Under the pieces are notes generated by a model. That model was given only the letters and a program-made list of their open reading frames with translations, ran no database searches and was not told the DNA's origin. From an uncultured delta proteobacterium (lineage in GTDB: Bacteria; Desulfobacterota; RBG-13-43-22), in the NCBI GenBank assembly GCA_963711835.1, contig CAVQFQ010000017.1, positions 640,001 to 704,000 on the forward strand: a stretch of DNA of 64,000 bases, in the 5' to 3' direction. Of the stretch, positions 21,551 through 29,926 are shown piece by piece. The position numbers and the translations under genes were made by a program. Position 1 is the first letter of the stretch; the number at the start of each line of letters is the position of its first letter.

Positions 21551-22714
21551 TTATTTATTGGCCTTGCGGATGCCCAGTTGATCCTGGGCGATGATCCATT
21601 TACAGATATTAGCCGATCCTTCCACCATAAAATAGGTCGGGGCATCGCGGTAATACCGGGCCACCGGATATTCCGTGGAATAGCCGTAGGCACCCAGGAT
21701 GCGCATGGCATAATTAGCGGCTTTGGAGGCAACTTCGCCGGCCAGGTATTTGGCCATGGCCACTTCCAGGTTGTTGTTCAGGTTGCCTTTGTCCTTCTGC
21801 CAGGCCGCCTTATAGACCAGCAAACGGGCGGCCTCGATTTCAACCACCAGTTGGCCCACCAGGTCCTGATTCATCTGAAAGGTGCCGATCGGCTTGCCGA
21901 ACTGTTCCCGTTCGTTGCAGTATTTGGTAATCGAATCCAGACAGGCCTGGGCCAACCCGACTCCTCCGGCAGCAGCCGACAGGCGGGTCTGGTTCAGGGA
22001 CCCGAAGACGATCTTGGCCCCGTCACCCGGCTTTCCCAGGATATTGCCCTTGGGTACCCGGGTGTCTTCCAGATAGAGTTCACCGGTCGGGGAAGAACGG
22101 GAGCCCATCTTATCCAGGTCCGTGGTGGAAATGCCGTTAAAGTTCCTGGGCTCGATTACAAAAGCGGAGAGGCCTTTGCCGCCGGCCGAACGATCGGTGA
22201 AGGCATAGTAAATCAGGACCTGGGCGATGCTGGCATTGGAGATCCAGGTCTTGGACCCGTTCAGAAGCCAATGATCCCCTTTGTCCTCGGCCTGGGATTT
22301 CAGGGCCATGACATCCGATCCGGCATTGGGTTCGGTAATGCCGAAACCGCCCAAATAGTCCCCGTTGACCAGCTTGGGAATATATTTCCTTTTTAATTCT
22401 TCGCTGCCGTAGCGGAAGATGGTGAAGGCGCAGCCCAGGGCCTCCATATTAATCTGAACTCTCAAAGAACTGGAGGCCCGGGCGATCTCTTCGGTAATGA
22501 TCATGGCCGCCGTCCAGCCCATGTTGTTGCCGCCGTATTCTTCCGGGATGACGGTGCCGAAAAAGCCCAACTCGGCCATGGGTTTGATGACCTCCTGGTA
22601 GGGGAAGTAATGTTCCTCATCCCACTTGTCGGCAAAGGGGGCGATTTTTTCGGCCGCAAAATCCCGGACCATGTCCCGAACGGCCTGCAGTTCTTCCGAT
22701 AATTCAAAGTCCAT
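21551..22714 (-). CDS. acd: Glutaryl-CoA dehydrogenase (non-decarboxylating)
   Basis: Closely resembles, from memory, the Desulfococcus-type enzyme: FGITEPNAGSDV, YRDAPTYFMVEGSANICK, DQLGIRKANK; adjacent to gcdA. Confidence 0.9.
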   Translation of the reverse strand: MDFELSEELQAVRDMVRDFAAEKIAPFADKWDEEHYFPYQEVIKPMAELGFFGTVIPEEYGGNNMGWTAAMIITEEIARASSSLRVQINMEALGCAFTIFRYGSEELKRKYIPKLVNGDYLGGFGITEPNAGSDVMALKSQAEDKGDHWLLNGSKTWISNASIAQVLIYYAFTDRSAGGKGLSAFVIEPRNFNGISTTDLDKMGSRSSPTGELYLEDTRVPKGNILGKPGDGAKIVFGSLNQTRLSAAAGGVGLAQACLDSITKYCNEREQFGKPIGTFQMNQDLVGQLVVEIEAARLLVYKAAWQKDKGNLNNNLEVAMAKYLAGEVASKAANYAMRILGAYGYSTEYPVARYYRDAPTYFMVEGSANICKWIIAQDQLGIRKANK

Positions 22715-22770
22715 GAAATAACCTCCTATTTACTCATTAACAATTATTTTTGATTTTCTTATAAAAAAAC

Positions 22771-22842
22771 CGTCATTCCCGCGCAAGCGGGAATCCAGAT
22801 CATTCTATCAAATGCCTTGATTCCCATCTTCATGGGAATGAC
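22771..22842. repeat. Gene-less inverted doublet of CGTC-type REP palindromes
   Basis: CGTCATTCCCGCGCAAGCGGGAATCCAGA (22771-22799) and inverted GATTCCCATCTTCATGGGAATGAC (22819-22842). Confidence 0.9.
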
Positions 22843-22886
22843 TTATATGCTGGCCGGGTAACAAGTAGTGAGATTTTCAAGTAACC

Positions 22887-22915
22887 CGTCATTCCCGCGA
22901 AGGCGGGAATCCAGA
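22887..22915 (+). repeat. CGTC-type REP palindrome at the 3' end of the GIY-YIG gene
   Basis: CGTCATTCCCGCGAAGGCGGGAATCCAGA. Confidence 0.92.
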
Positions 22916-22918
22916 GAT

Positions 22919-23209
22919 TTATGTACAGACTTTATCATACAAGTCGATCCACTCCGGATTACTTTTTTCTATTAATTTCAATTTCCATCCCCGGTTCCAT
23001 TTCTTTAATTGTTTTTCCCTGATAATGGCTGTTTCCGGCGACGGATGCTCTTCAAACCAGACTAATTGGTGAACCTTATATTTCTTGGTAAATCCTTCAA
23101 CTAAGTCGTTTTTATGTTCATATATTCTTTTAACCAAGTCGGAAGTCACTCCAATATATAATGTTCCATTTCGCTTACTGCAAAGAATATATACATAAAA
23201 TGGTTTCAT
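22919..23209 (-). CDS. Small stand-alone GIY-YIG nuclease
   Basis: FYVYIL..GTLYIGVT.DL.KR..EH, REKQLKKWNRGWK; AT-rich relative to neighbours. Confidence 0.93.
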   Translation of the reverse strand: MKPFYVYILCSKRNGTLYIGVTSDLVKRIYEHKNDLVEGFTKKYKVHQLVWFEEHPSPETAIIREKQLKKWNRGWKLKLIEKSNPEWIDLYDKVCT

Positions 23210-23213
23210 TTTT

Positions 23214-23242
23214 TCTGGATTCCCGCTTGCGCGGGAATGACG
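23214..23242 (-). repeat. CGTC-type REP palindrome at the 5' end of the GIY-YIG gene
   Basis: TCTGGATTCCCGCTTGCGCGGGAATGACG, the exact reverse complement of 22771-22799. Confidence 0.92.
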
Positions 23243-23277
23243 TTTTTATATGAATCCCTATTCTCAATTTGGGCCTG

Positions 23278-24432
23278 TCAATCCAAAATGATATTCTTTG
23301 AGACGATCATCCGCTGGATCTGGTTGCTCCCGTCAAAGATCTGGACCGCCTTGGCATCGCGCATCATCCGCTCCACCGGCGACCCCTTCAGATAGCCGGC
23401 CCCGCCGAAGATTTGAACGGCATCGACGGTGACCTGCATGGCCACATCCGAGGCCTGACACTTGCACATGGAGACCAGGGTCTCGAGGTCATGGAAGGTC
23501 CCTTCCCTGGAATCGATCAGGGCCGCCGTCCGGAAAATCAGGGACTTGACGGCCTCGATGGCCATCTTCATGTCGGCCAGCATGAAACGGATCGCCTGGA
23601 ACGAGGCGATCCGCCGTTTAAACTGGGTTCGGGTCCTGGCAAAATTCAAGGCCGCCTCATAGGCCCCTTCGGCGATACCCAGGGCCAGTGAGGCCGCGCC
23701 CCAGACCCGCATGACATTGGCATGCCGGGAAAGAACCTTCCAGCCTTCCCCTTCTTTCAGGAGGAGATTCTCCCGGGGGATGCGGGCATTCTGGAAAAAC
23801 ATTTCGGAAGTCACCGATCCGCCCAGGCCCATTTTCCTTTCCTTTTTCCCGAAGGACAAGCCGGGTGTCTCCCGGGGAACGATCAAAGCGCTGACCCCGG
23901 CGGTCCGCTTGCCAGGACCGGTTCGGACAAAGACCAGATAAAAATGGGCATGGGGGCCCAGAGTAATATAGCTCTTGGTGCCGTTTACAATATAGGTCCC
24001 TTCTTCCAGGACGGCCCTGGTCTGCAGGGAACCGGCATCAGACCCATAATTGGGTTCCGTCAGACAGAAGCCGCAGAGTTTATCGCCGGCGGCCATAGCC
24101 GAAAAAAATCGTTTTTTCTGCTCCTCGGTCCCTACCTCCCGGATGGTCCGGATAACGGCCTGGGTCGGGAAGACCAGCAGGGCCGAGGCCGCCGAGGCCT
24201 TGGAGATCTCTTCGATAACCAGGCAGAGGGTGGTGGCATCGGCTTCCTTTCCTCCGAATTCCATCGGCAGGGAAAGCTTCAGCAGTCCGGCCTCCTTAAA
24301 GGCCTGGTAACTGCTTTCGGGGAACTCATCCCGGGCATCAATCTCCACCGCCCGGGGGGTGATGGCTGAAGCCACCAGGCTCCGGACCTTCTCCCGGACT
24401 TCCCGTTGAGAGGCCGTCAAATGGAGAAACAT
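23278..24432 (-). CDS. Acyl-CoA dehydrogenase
   Basis: FCLTEPNYGSDA, NGTKSYIT, QIFGGAGY, RDAK..QIFDGSNQIQR. Confidence 0.93.
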   Translation of the reverse strand: MFLHLTASQREVREKVRSLVASAITPRAVEIDARDEFPESSYQAFKEAGLLKLSLPMEFGGKEADATTLCLVIEEISKASAASALLVFPTQAVIRTIREVGTEEQKKRFFSAMAAGDKLCGFCLTEPNYGSDAGSLQTRAVLEEGTYIVNGTKSYITLGPHAHFYLVFVRTGPGKRTAGVSALIVPRETPGLSFGKKERKMGLGGSVTSEMFFQNARIPRENLLLKEGEGWKVLSRHANVMRVWGAASLALGIAEGAYEAALNFARTRTQFKRRIASFQAIRFMLADMKMAIEAVKSLIFRTAALIDSREGTFHDLETLVSMCKCQASDVAMQVTVDAVQIFGGAGYLKGSPVERMMRDAKAVQIFDGSNQIQRMIVSKNIILD

Positions 24433-24437
24433 GGGTC

Positions 24438-25619
24438 CTACTCCGGTTTACGCCCCACAATCAGGGCGATACCCTGCCCGCCGCCGATGCACATCGTGGC
24501 TAATCCATATTTTGAATCCCGGCGCCCCATTTCATAAAGCAACTTAACCAGCAGGCAGCCTCCGGAAGCCGATATGGGATGGCCCAGGGCAATGGCCCCG
24601 CCGTTGACATTCACTTTTGCCGGATCCATGCCCAATTCTTTTAGACAGACCCAGGCCTGGGAGGCGAAGGCCTCATTCAGTTCAATCAGGTCCATATCCT
24701 TAATGGACAGGCCGGCATTTTGTAAGGCCTTCCGGGTGGCCGGGATCGGCCCGATCCCCATCAGGGAAGGTTCCACCCCGACTGAGGCATAGCTTACGAT
24801 ATGGGCCAGCGGTTTCAAACCCAGGGCTTGGGCTTTTTCCAGGGACATGATCATCAAGGCCGAAGCCCCGTCATTCATGCCGCTGGAATTACCGGCGGTC
24901 ACCGTCCCTTCCTTTTTAAAAGAAGGCGGGAGTTTGGCCAGGGCTTCCCGGGTGGTCCCGAACCGGGGGTGCTCATCGGTATCAAAAATCAGGGGGTCCT
25001 TCTTTTTTTGGGGTATCTTCACCGGTACGATTTCGTCCTTGAATTTTCCGGCTTTGATCGCCGCTTCGGCTTTTTGTTGACTGAGAAGGGCCAGTTCATC
25101 CTGCTCCTCGCGGGAGACCTTATATTTTACGGCCACATTCTCCGCCGTTTCACCCATGGTGTTGCCCGAGAGGGGATCAAACAGGATCAATTGATCCATG
25201 AGCTGCCCGTGGCCCAGGCGGTATCCCCAGCGGGCATTTTTAAGGAGATAGGCAGCCCGGCTCATGGATTCCATGCCCCCGGCCAGGATACTATCGGCTT
25301 CTCCGGATCGAATGATCTGGCAGGCCAGCGAAACGGCCCTGAGGCTTCCGCCGCAGGCCTTGGTGATGGTGAATTGCGGCGTTTCTATAGGTACCCCTCC
25401 TTTTACAGCCACTACCCGAGCCGAATTGATTGGCAACTCTCCGGTCCGATACCCTGAAGCAAAAATGACCTCCTCCACCTGGTCTCCGGTCAGACCGGCC
25501 CTTTGGATGGCCTCCCGGATGACCAAGGCCCCCAGGTCCATATCACTGACCTCTTTCAGGCTTCCGCCAAAACGGCCGATAGCCGTCCGAACTCCGCTGA
25601 CAATAACCACTTCTCGCAT
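24438..25619 (-). CDS. Acetyl-CoA C-acyltransferase (thiolase)
   Basis: RTAIGRFGG, KACGGS, NEAFA, GGAIALGHP, CIGGGQG. Confidence 0.96.
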   Translation of the reverse strand: MREVVIVSGVRTAIGRFGGSLKEVSDMDLGALVIREAIQRAGLTGDQVEEVIFASGYRTGELPINSARVVAVKGGVPIETPQFTITKACGGSLRAVSLACQIIRSGEADSILAGGMESMSRAAYLLKNARWGYRLGHGQLMDQLILFDPLSGNTMGETAENVAVKYKVSREEQDELALLSQQKAEAAIKAGKFKDEIVPVKIPQKKKDPLIFDTDEHPRFGTTREALAKLPPSFKKEGTVTAGNSSGMNDGASALMIMSLEKAQALGLKPLAHIVSYASVGVEPSLMGIGPIPATRKALQNAGLSIKDMDLIELNEAFASQAWVCLKELGMDPAKVNVNGGAIALGHPISASGGCLLVKLLYEMGRRDSKYGLATMCIGGGQGIALIVGRKPE

Positions 25620-25797
25620 TGGATCCTCCTTTTCCCTTTCTCAGCCCCTTCCCCGGCCCGGAAAAGACCTGAGAGAAGGACCTGAACGGTAGCTAAAACA
25701 GGGTAACTATCCTAATAAATTAACCCTTTTGTCAATATCTTTTTACCCCTTTGTCTCTCTCCGGCACCCGGGAAACCGATGATCGGTCTCTTTCGGA

Positions 25798-26532
25798 TCA
25801 AGGCCTGTCTTCCGGAGAATCAGTCGGGCTTAAAACCCCTTTATCCAAAAAAATGAGTTTATGGGCCGTCCGGGCCGCCCGGGGATCGTGGGTGACCATG
25901 ATGATGGTTTTCTTGAAGTCCTGATTCAGGCCTTCCATCAATTGCAGGATATCTCGGGCCGAATCCTTATCCAGGTCCCCGGTGGGCTCATCGGCTACAA
26001 TAATGGTCGGATCGGTGATAATGGCCCGGGCTATGGCGACCCGTTGCTGTTGTCCGCCGGAAAGCTCTTTGGGATAATGCTCCCGGCGATCCTCCAGGCC
26101 TACGATCCGAAGGGCGGTTTCCACATGCCGGCGACGTTCCCGGCCGGAAAGGGAGGTCAAGAGCAACGGCAGTTCCACATTTTCAAAAGCCGTTAAGACC
26201 GGGATCAGGTTATAGAACTGAAAAATGAAGCCGATGTGGCGGGAACGCCACTCGGCCAGCTCCATCTCTTCCAAGGTCGTGATGTCCGTTCCGGCCACCC
26301 GGATCGTCCCTTGATCGGCCTGATCGATCCCGGCAATCAAGTTAAGCAGGGTGGTTTTGCCGGATCCGGAGGGGCCCATCAGGGCGATAAATTCCCCTTC
26401 GGGGATGGTCAGGGAAATATCCTGCAGGACCGGGATCTCCTGGTTTCCCCGGTAATAAGATTTAGAGAGGTGTTTGATTTCTACCAGGGTCTTGATTTCC
26501 TGAGGGGGATTCGGGATCACTCTTAGCGACAT
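25798..26532 (-). CDS. ABC transporter ATP-binding protein (LolD-like)
   Basis: [26 protein letters not shown]; start uncertain. Confidence 0.9.
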   Translation of the reverse strand: MSLRVIPNPPQEIKTLVEIKHLSKSYYRGNQEIPVLQDISLTIPEGEFIALMGPSGSGKTTLLNLIAGIDQADQGTIRVAGTDITTLEEMELAEWRSRHIGFIFQFYNLIPVLTAFENVELPLLLTSLSGRERRRHVETALRIVGLEDRREHYPKELSGGQQQRVAIARAIITDPTIIVADEPTGDLDKDSARDILQLMEGLNQDFKKTIIMVTHDPRAARTAHKLIFLDKGVLSPTDSPEDRP

Positions 26533-26539
26533 AATCTTT

Positions 26540-26673
26540 AAATCCGAAATTCGAAGCACGAAATCCGAAACAAACACGAAGGTTCAAAATTTAAATGATC
26601 AAAAAAACTTTTTGAAATTTGAGATTTGGTCATTTGAATTTGTTTCGGGTTTCGAAATTTGGATTTCGAATTT
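26540..26673. repeat. Inverted pair of degenerate heptamer tandem repeats (AAATCCG-type)
   Basis: AAATCCG AAATTCG AAGCACG AAATCCG AAACAAA ... TTTGTTT CGGGTTT CGAAATT TGGATTT CGAATTT. Confidence 0.85.
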
Positions 26674-26698
26674 CCAACCAAAATTTTGATATACCTCC

Positions 26699-27349
26699 CT
26701 AACCTTTTCTTCCTTTTTGAGCCTGGGCCCCAAAATCGCAATAGGGAAGGAGAAAACAGATCCCACATTGAGGGGATCGGGCCTGGCAAAGGCTGCGGCC
26801 ATGGTCGATGACCTGGTGGGAAAAGTCAATCCATTTCTCCCGGGGGATCATAGGCATCAGGGCCGATTCGATCTTGACCGGATCCTTTTCCCGGGTCAGC
26901 CCCAGGCGCTGGGAAATCCGGGCCACATGGGTGTCAACCACAATCCCTGGGATGCCGAAGGCATTCCCCAGGACTACGTTGGCTGTTTTTCGGCCAATAC
27001 CCGGCAGGGCCACCAGCTCCTCCATGGTCCGGGGCACTTCACCCTGGTGTCTCTGTAACAATTCCCGGCAGCAGGCCTGAATATGTCTGGCCTTATTATG
27101 ATAAAAGCCGGTGGAGCGGATGTCCGCTTCCAGGTTCGGGGGGGCGGCTTGAGCATAGTCTCGGGCCGTCCGATACTTCTTAAACAGGACCTTGGTGACT
27201 TCGTTGACCCGCTGGTCGGTGCATTGGGCTGAAAGAATGGTGGCGATCAGTATTTCCAGCGGGCTCCGGAAATGGAGGGCGGTCCGGGACAGGGGGTAAT
27301 GCCGCTTCAGTTCTTTTAAGATATTGGCGATCTTTATTTTATCGCTCAT
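26699..27349 (-). CDS. nth: Endonuclease III
   Basis: LSAQCTD, LPGIGRKTANV, VDTHV, C-terminal Cys4 Fe-S motif. Confidence 0.97.
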   Translation of the reverse strand: MSDKIKIANILKELKRHYPLSRTALHFRSPLEILIATILSAQCTDQRVNEVTKVLFKKYRTARDYAQAAPPNLEADIRSTGFYHNKARHIQACCRELLQRHQGEVPRTMEELVALPGIGRKTANVVLGNAFGIPGIVVDTHVARISQRLGLTREKDPVKIESALMPMIPREKWIDFSHQVIDHGRSLCQARSPQCGICFLLPYCDFGAQAQKGRKG

Positions 27350-29073
27350 GCCCTTTTCCTCTTCCTTTGCCCAAGAAAGGCCGCCACGTCATCCTGGCCT
27401 TGGGTATTAAAGATATCCTCCCGGGTCAACCAGCCTTTCCGGGCGATCCCCACCCCCAGGGAGAGGTCCTGCAGACCTTCCAGGTGATGGGCATCGGTAT
27501 TGATAACGATTTTAAGGCCCAATTGTTTGGCTTGTTTCATTAGGCGCCAGTCCAGATCCAGACGATGGGGGTTGGCATTCAATTCGATTAATACCCCGTT
27601 TCGAGCAGCAGCCTTAAGGACCAGCTCCATAGTAACCGGGTAAGGGTCCCGGGCCAACAGCAATCGTCCGGTAGGATGCCCTAAGATCGTGGTAAAGGGA
27701 TTCTCAATGGCCCGGATGATACGCTTAGTCATTTCAGTCTCGGTCATAGTAAAGCGGGAATGGACCGAAGCAATCACGAAATCAAAAGCCGCCAATTCCG
27801 CCTGGCTATAGTCCAGCGAACCATCGGGAAGGATATCGGATTCGATCCCCCAGAAGAGACGAACCTGGTCCTGTTTCCGGTTCCAAAGGGCGATTTCAGC
27901 CCTCTGTTCTTTCAACTGTTCCGGTTTCAGCCCCCCGGCATAGGCAGCCGTTTGGCTGTGATCGGATATACCGAGGTAATGCAGGCCCTGCTTCTGGGCC
28001 GCCTGAATCCATTGAGACAGGCTGGGGGTGCCGTCGCTTAAAAGGGTATGGAGATGAAACGTCCCTTGAATATCCCGGTCCTCGACCAGGACCGGCAGGG
28101 TCCCTGCTTCGGCGGCCTCGATTTCACCCCAATCCTCCCGGAGTTCCGGGGCAATGTAGGAAAGTCCCAGGCCTTGATAGATTTCGAACTCGCCCCGGCA
28201 GGGAATCAGACGGTTTCCCTGGAACAGTCCGTACTCATTGAGCTTGAAACCCAAACCCTTGGCCCGGGTGCGCAGCCGGGTATGGTGTTCTTTGCTCCCG
28301 GTAAAGTGATGCAGGGCAAAGGGAAAGAGGTTCGGACCCACCACCCTCAGATCGGCCTGAATGCCTGACTTGAGCAGGACCGAGGATTTGGTAGGCCCCT
28401 GGGCAATGACCTGTTCCACCAAGGGCAAGGTGCTGAAATAGGCTGTTAAAGCCTCGGGACGGCTGCTTTCGGCCACCAGATCGATATCCTTGACCGTTTC
28501 TTTTTTACGCCGCAGGCTGCCGGCCACAGAGGCTTGGAGGGTTTCCGGGTGGTTGCGGATCTCCTCCAACAGGGCCTGGGCCAGAGGATAAATCTCCCCG
28601 TAGAGAAACCGGCTCTTGAAGCGTTTGACTTGCTCGATCGCCCGGAGGATATTATCCTGGGACTTCTTCCCAAAGCCGGGCAGGGTCAGGAGACGATTTT
28701 CATGGCAGGCATATTCCAGCTCCCCCAGGTTCCTGATCCCCAGCCGGGCCACCAGTTCCTTTACTTTTTTGGGGCCCAGCCCGGGGACCCGAAGCATCTC
28801 CCGGAGTTCCAGGGGGAAGCGGCTTTTAAGGTCCTCCCATAAGGGGGTGGATCCTTCCCGGACCAACTGGGTGATCTGTTCGGATAAGGTCGCTCCGATC
28901 CCTTTCAGCTTGGGAAGGGCGCCGTTGCGGATTAGTTCCGCCGCTTCCAGGTCCTGGGATTCAATGATCCGGGCCCCTTGGGCATAAGCCCGGATCTTAA
29001 AAGGGTTCTCCCCGGCCAGTTCCAACAGCTCGGCCATCTCGGACAGGATCTGGGCCACTTCTTTATTGTTCAT
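27346..29073 (-). CDS. polX: DNA polymerase X with PHP domain
   Basis: GENPFKIRAY, AGSLRR, FTGSKEH, HLHT..SDG, NTDAH. Confidence 0.95.
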   Translation of the reverse strand: MNNKEVAQILSEMAELLELAGENPFKIRAYAQGARIIESQDLEAAELIRNGALPKLKGIGATLSEQITQLVREGSTPLWEDLKSRFPLELREMLRVPGLGPKKVKELVARLGIRNLGELEYACHENRLLTLPGFGKKSQDNILRAIEQVKRFKSRFLYGEIYPLAQALLEEIRNHPETLQASVAGSLRRKKETVKDIDLVAESSRPEALTAYFSTLPLVEQVIAQGPTKSSVLLKSGIQADLRVVGPNLFPFALHHFTGSKEHHTRLRTRAKGLGFKLNEYGLFQGNRLIPCRGEFEIYQGLGLSYIAPELREDWGEIEAAEAGTLPVLVEDRDIQGTFHLHTLLSDGTPSLSQWIQAAQKQGLHYLGISDHSQTAAYAGGLKPEQLKEQRAEIALWNRKQDQVRLFWGIESDILPDGSLDYSQAELAAFDFVIASVHSRFTMTETEMTKRIIRAIENPFTTILGHPTGRLLLARDPYPVTMELVLKAAARNGVLIELNANPHRLDLDWRLMKQAKQLGLKIVINTDAHHLEGLQDLSLGVGIARKGWLTREDIFNTQGQDDVAAFLGQRKRKRA

Positions 29074-29083
29074 AAAATAGATT

Positions 29084-29755
29084 CTAAAGGATGATAATTT
29101 TTTTGATGGCCTTTATCACTTCCTCCGGTTCATCAATGACCTGGATCAGGTCCATGTCCTCCGGAGAAATCATGCATTCCGGGCAGACCACCTTGCGCAT
29201 CCAGTCCAGCAGTCCTTTCCAGTAAGCCCGGTTCACCAGTATGACGGGGAACGGTTTAATGCGCCGGGTCTGGATCAGGGTAATGGCCTCGGTTAATTCA
29301 TCGAGGGTCCCGAATCCGCCGGGCAGGATCACGTAGGCCACGGCATATTTCACGAACATCACTTTGCGGATGAAGAAATAGCGAAAATTCAGGCGCACGT
29401 TGGCATAGGGATTGGGCTTCTGCTCGTAGGGGAGCTGGATGTTCAGGCCCACGGACTTGCCACCGGCTTCGGCCGCCCCTTTGTTGGCGGCTTCCATAAC
29501 GCCCGGCCCTCCCCCCGAAATGACGTTAAATCCATTTTCGACCAAAAGGCGGGCAATGGTAAGCGCCTGTTCGTAGGAAGGATCACCGGGGCGTACCCGG
29601 GCCGATCCGAACATGGAGACGGCCGGATATATCTTGGACAGGTCTTCAAAACCATCCACAAATTCGGCCAGGATGCGGAACAAACGCCAGGTATCCTTGA
29701 TGGTCAGCTCATCAATGACATATTGATGATCATGGGAATCGCTTTTAAAATCCAT
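29084..29755 (-). CDS. LOG family protein
   Basis: FGSAR, GGGPGVMEAAN, PGGFGTLDE. Confidence 0.93.
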   Translation of the reverse strand: MDFKSDSHDHQYVIDELTIKDTWRLFRILAEFVDGFEDLSKIYPAVSMFGSARVRPGDPSYEQALTIARLLVENGFNVISGGGPGVMEAANKGAAEAGGKSVGLNIQLPYEQKPNPYANVRLNFRYFFIRKVMFVKYAVAYVILPGGFGTLDELTEAITLIQTRRIKPFPVILVNRAYWKGLLDWMRKVVCPECMISPEDMDLIQVIDEPEEVIKAIKKIIIL

Positions 29756-29926
29756 GGATCAATCCTTCCCGGTCAAGCGCTGCCTACTTTTTCATTGTAA
29801 TCTTAACCCCCTGCTTATATTATTTGACCACCTCTGTCAAGATGTAGGTTGGTTTGGAACCCCTGAACGCTCTCTCGGGCTGGGGCCGAGCCGGATGGGA
29901 AGAAGGAGAAGAAAGGAAATTATCTT

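Noticed and set aside
22771-23242. REP copies as a mini CRISPR array
   Set aside because: The copies alternate in orientation and have irregular spacing.
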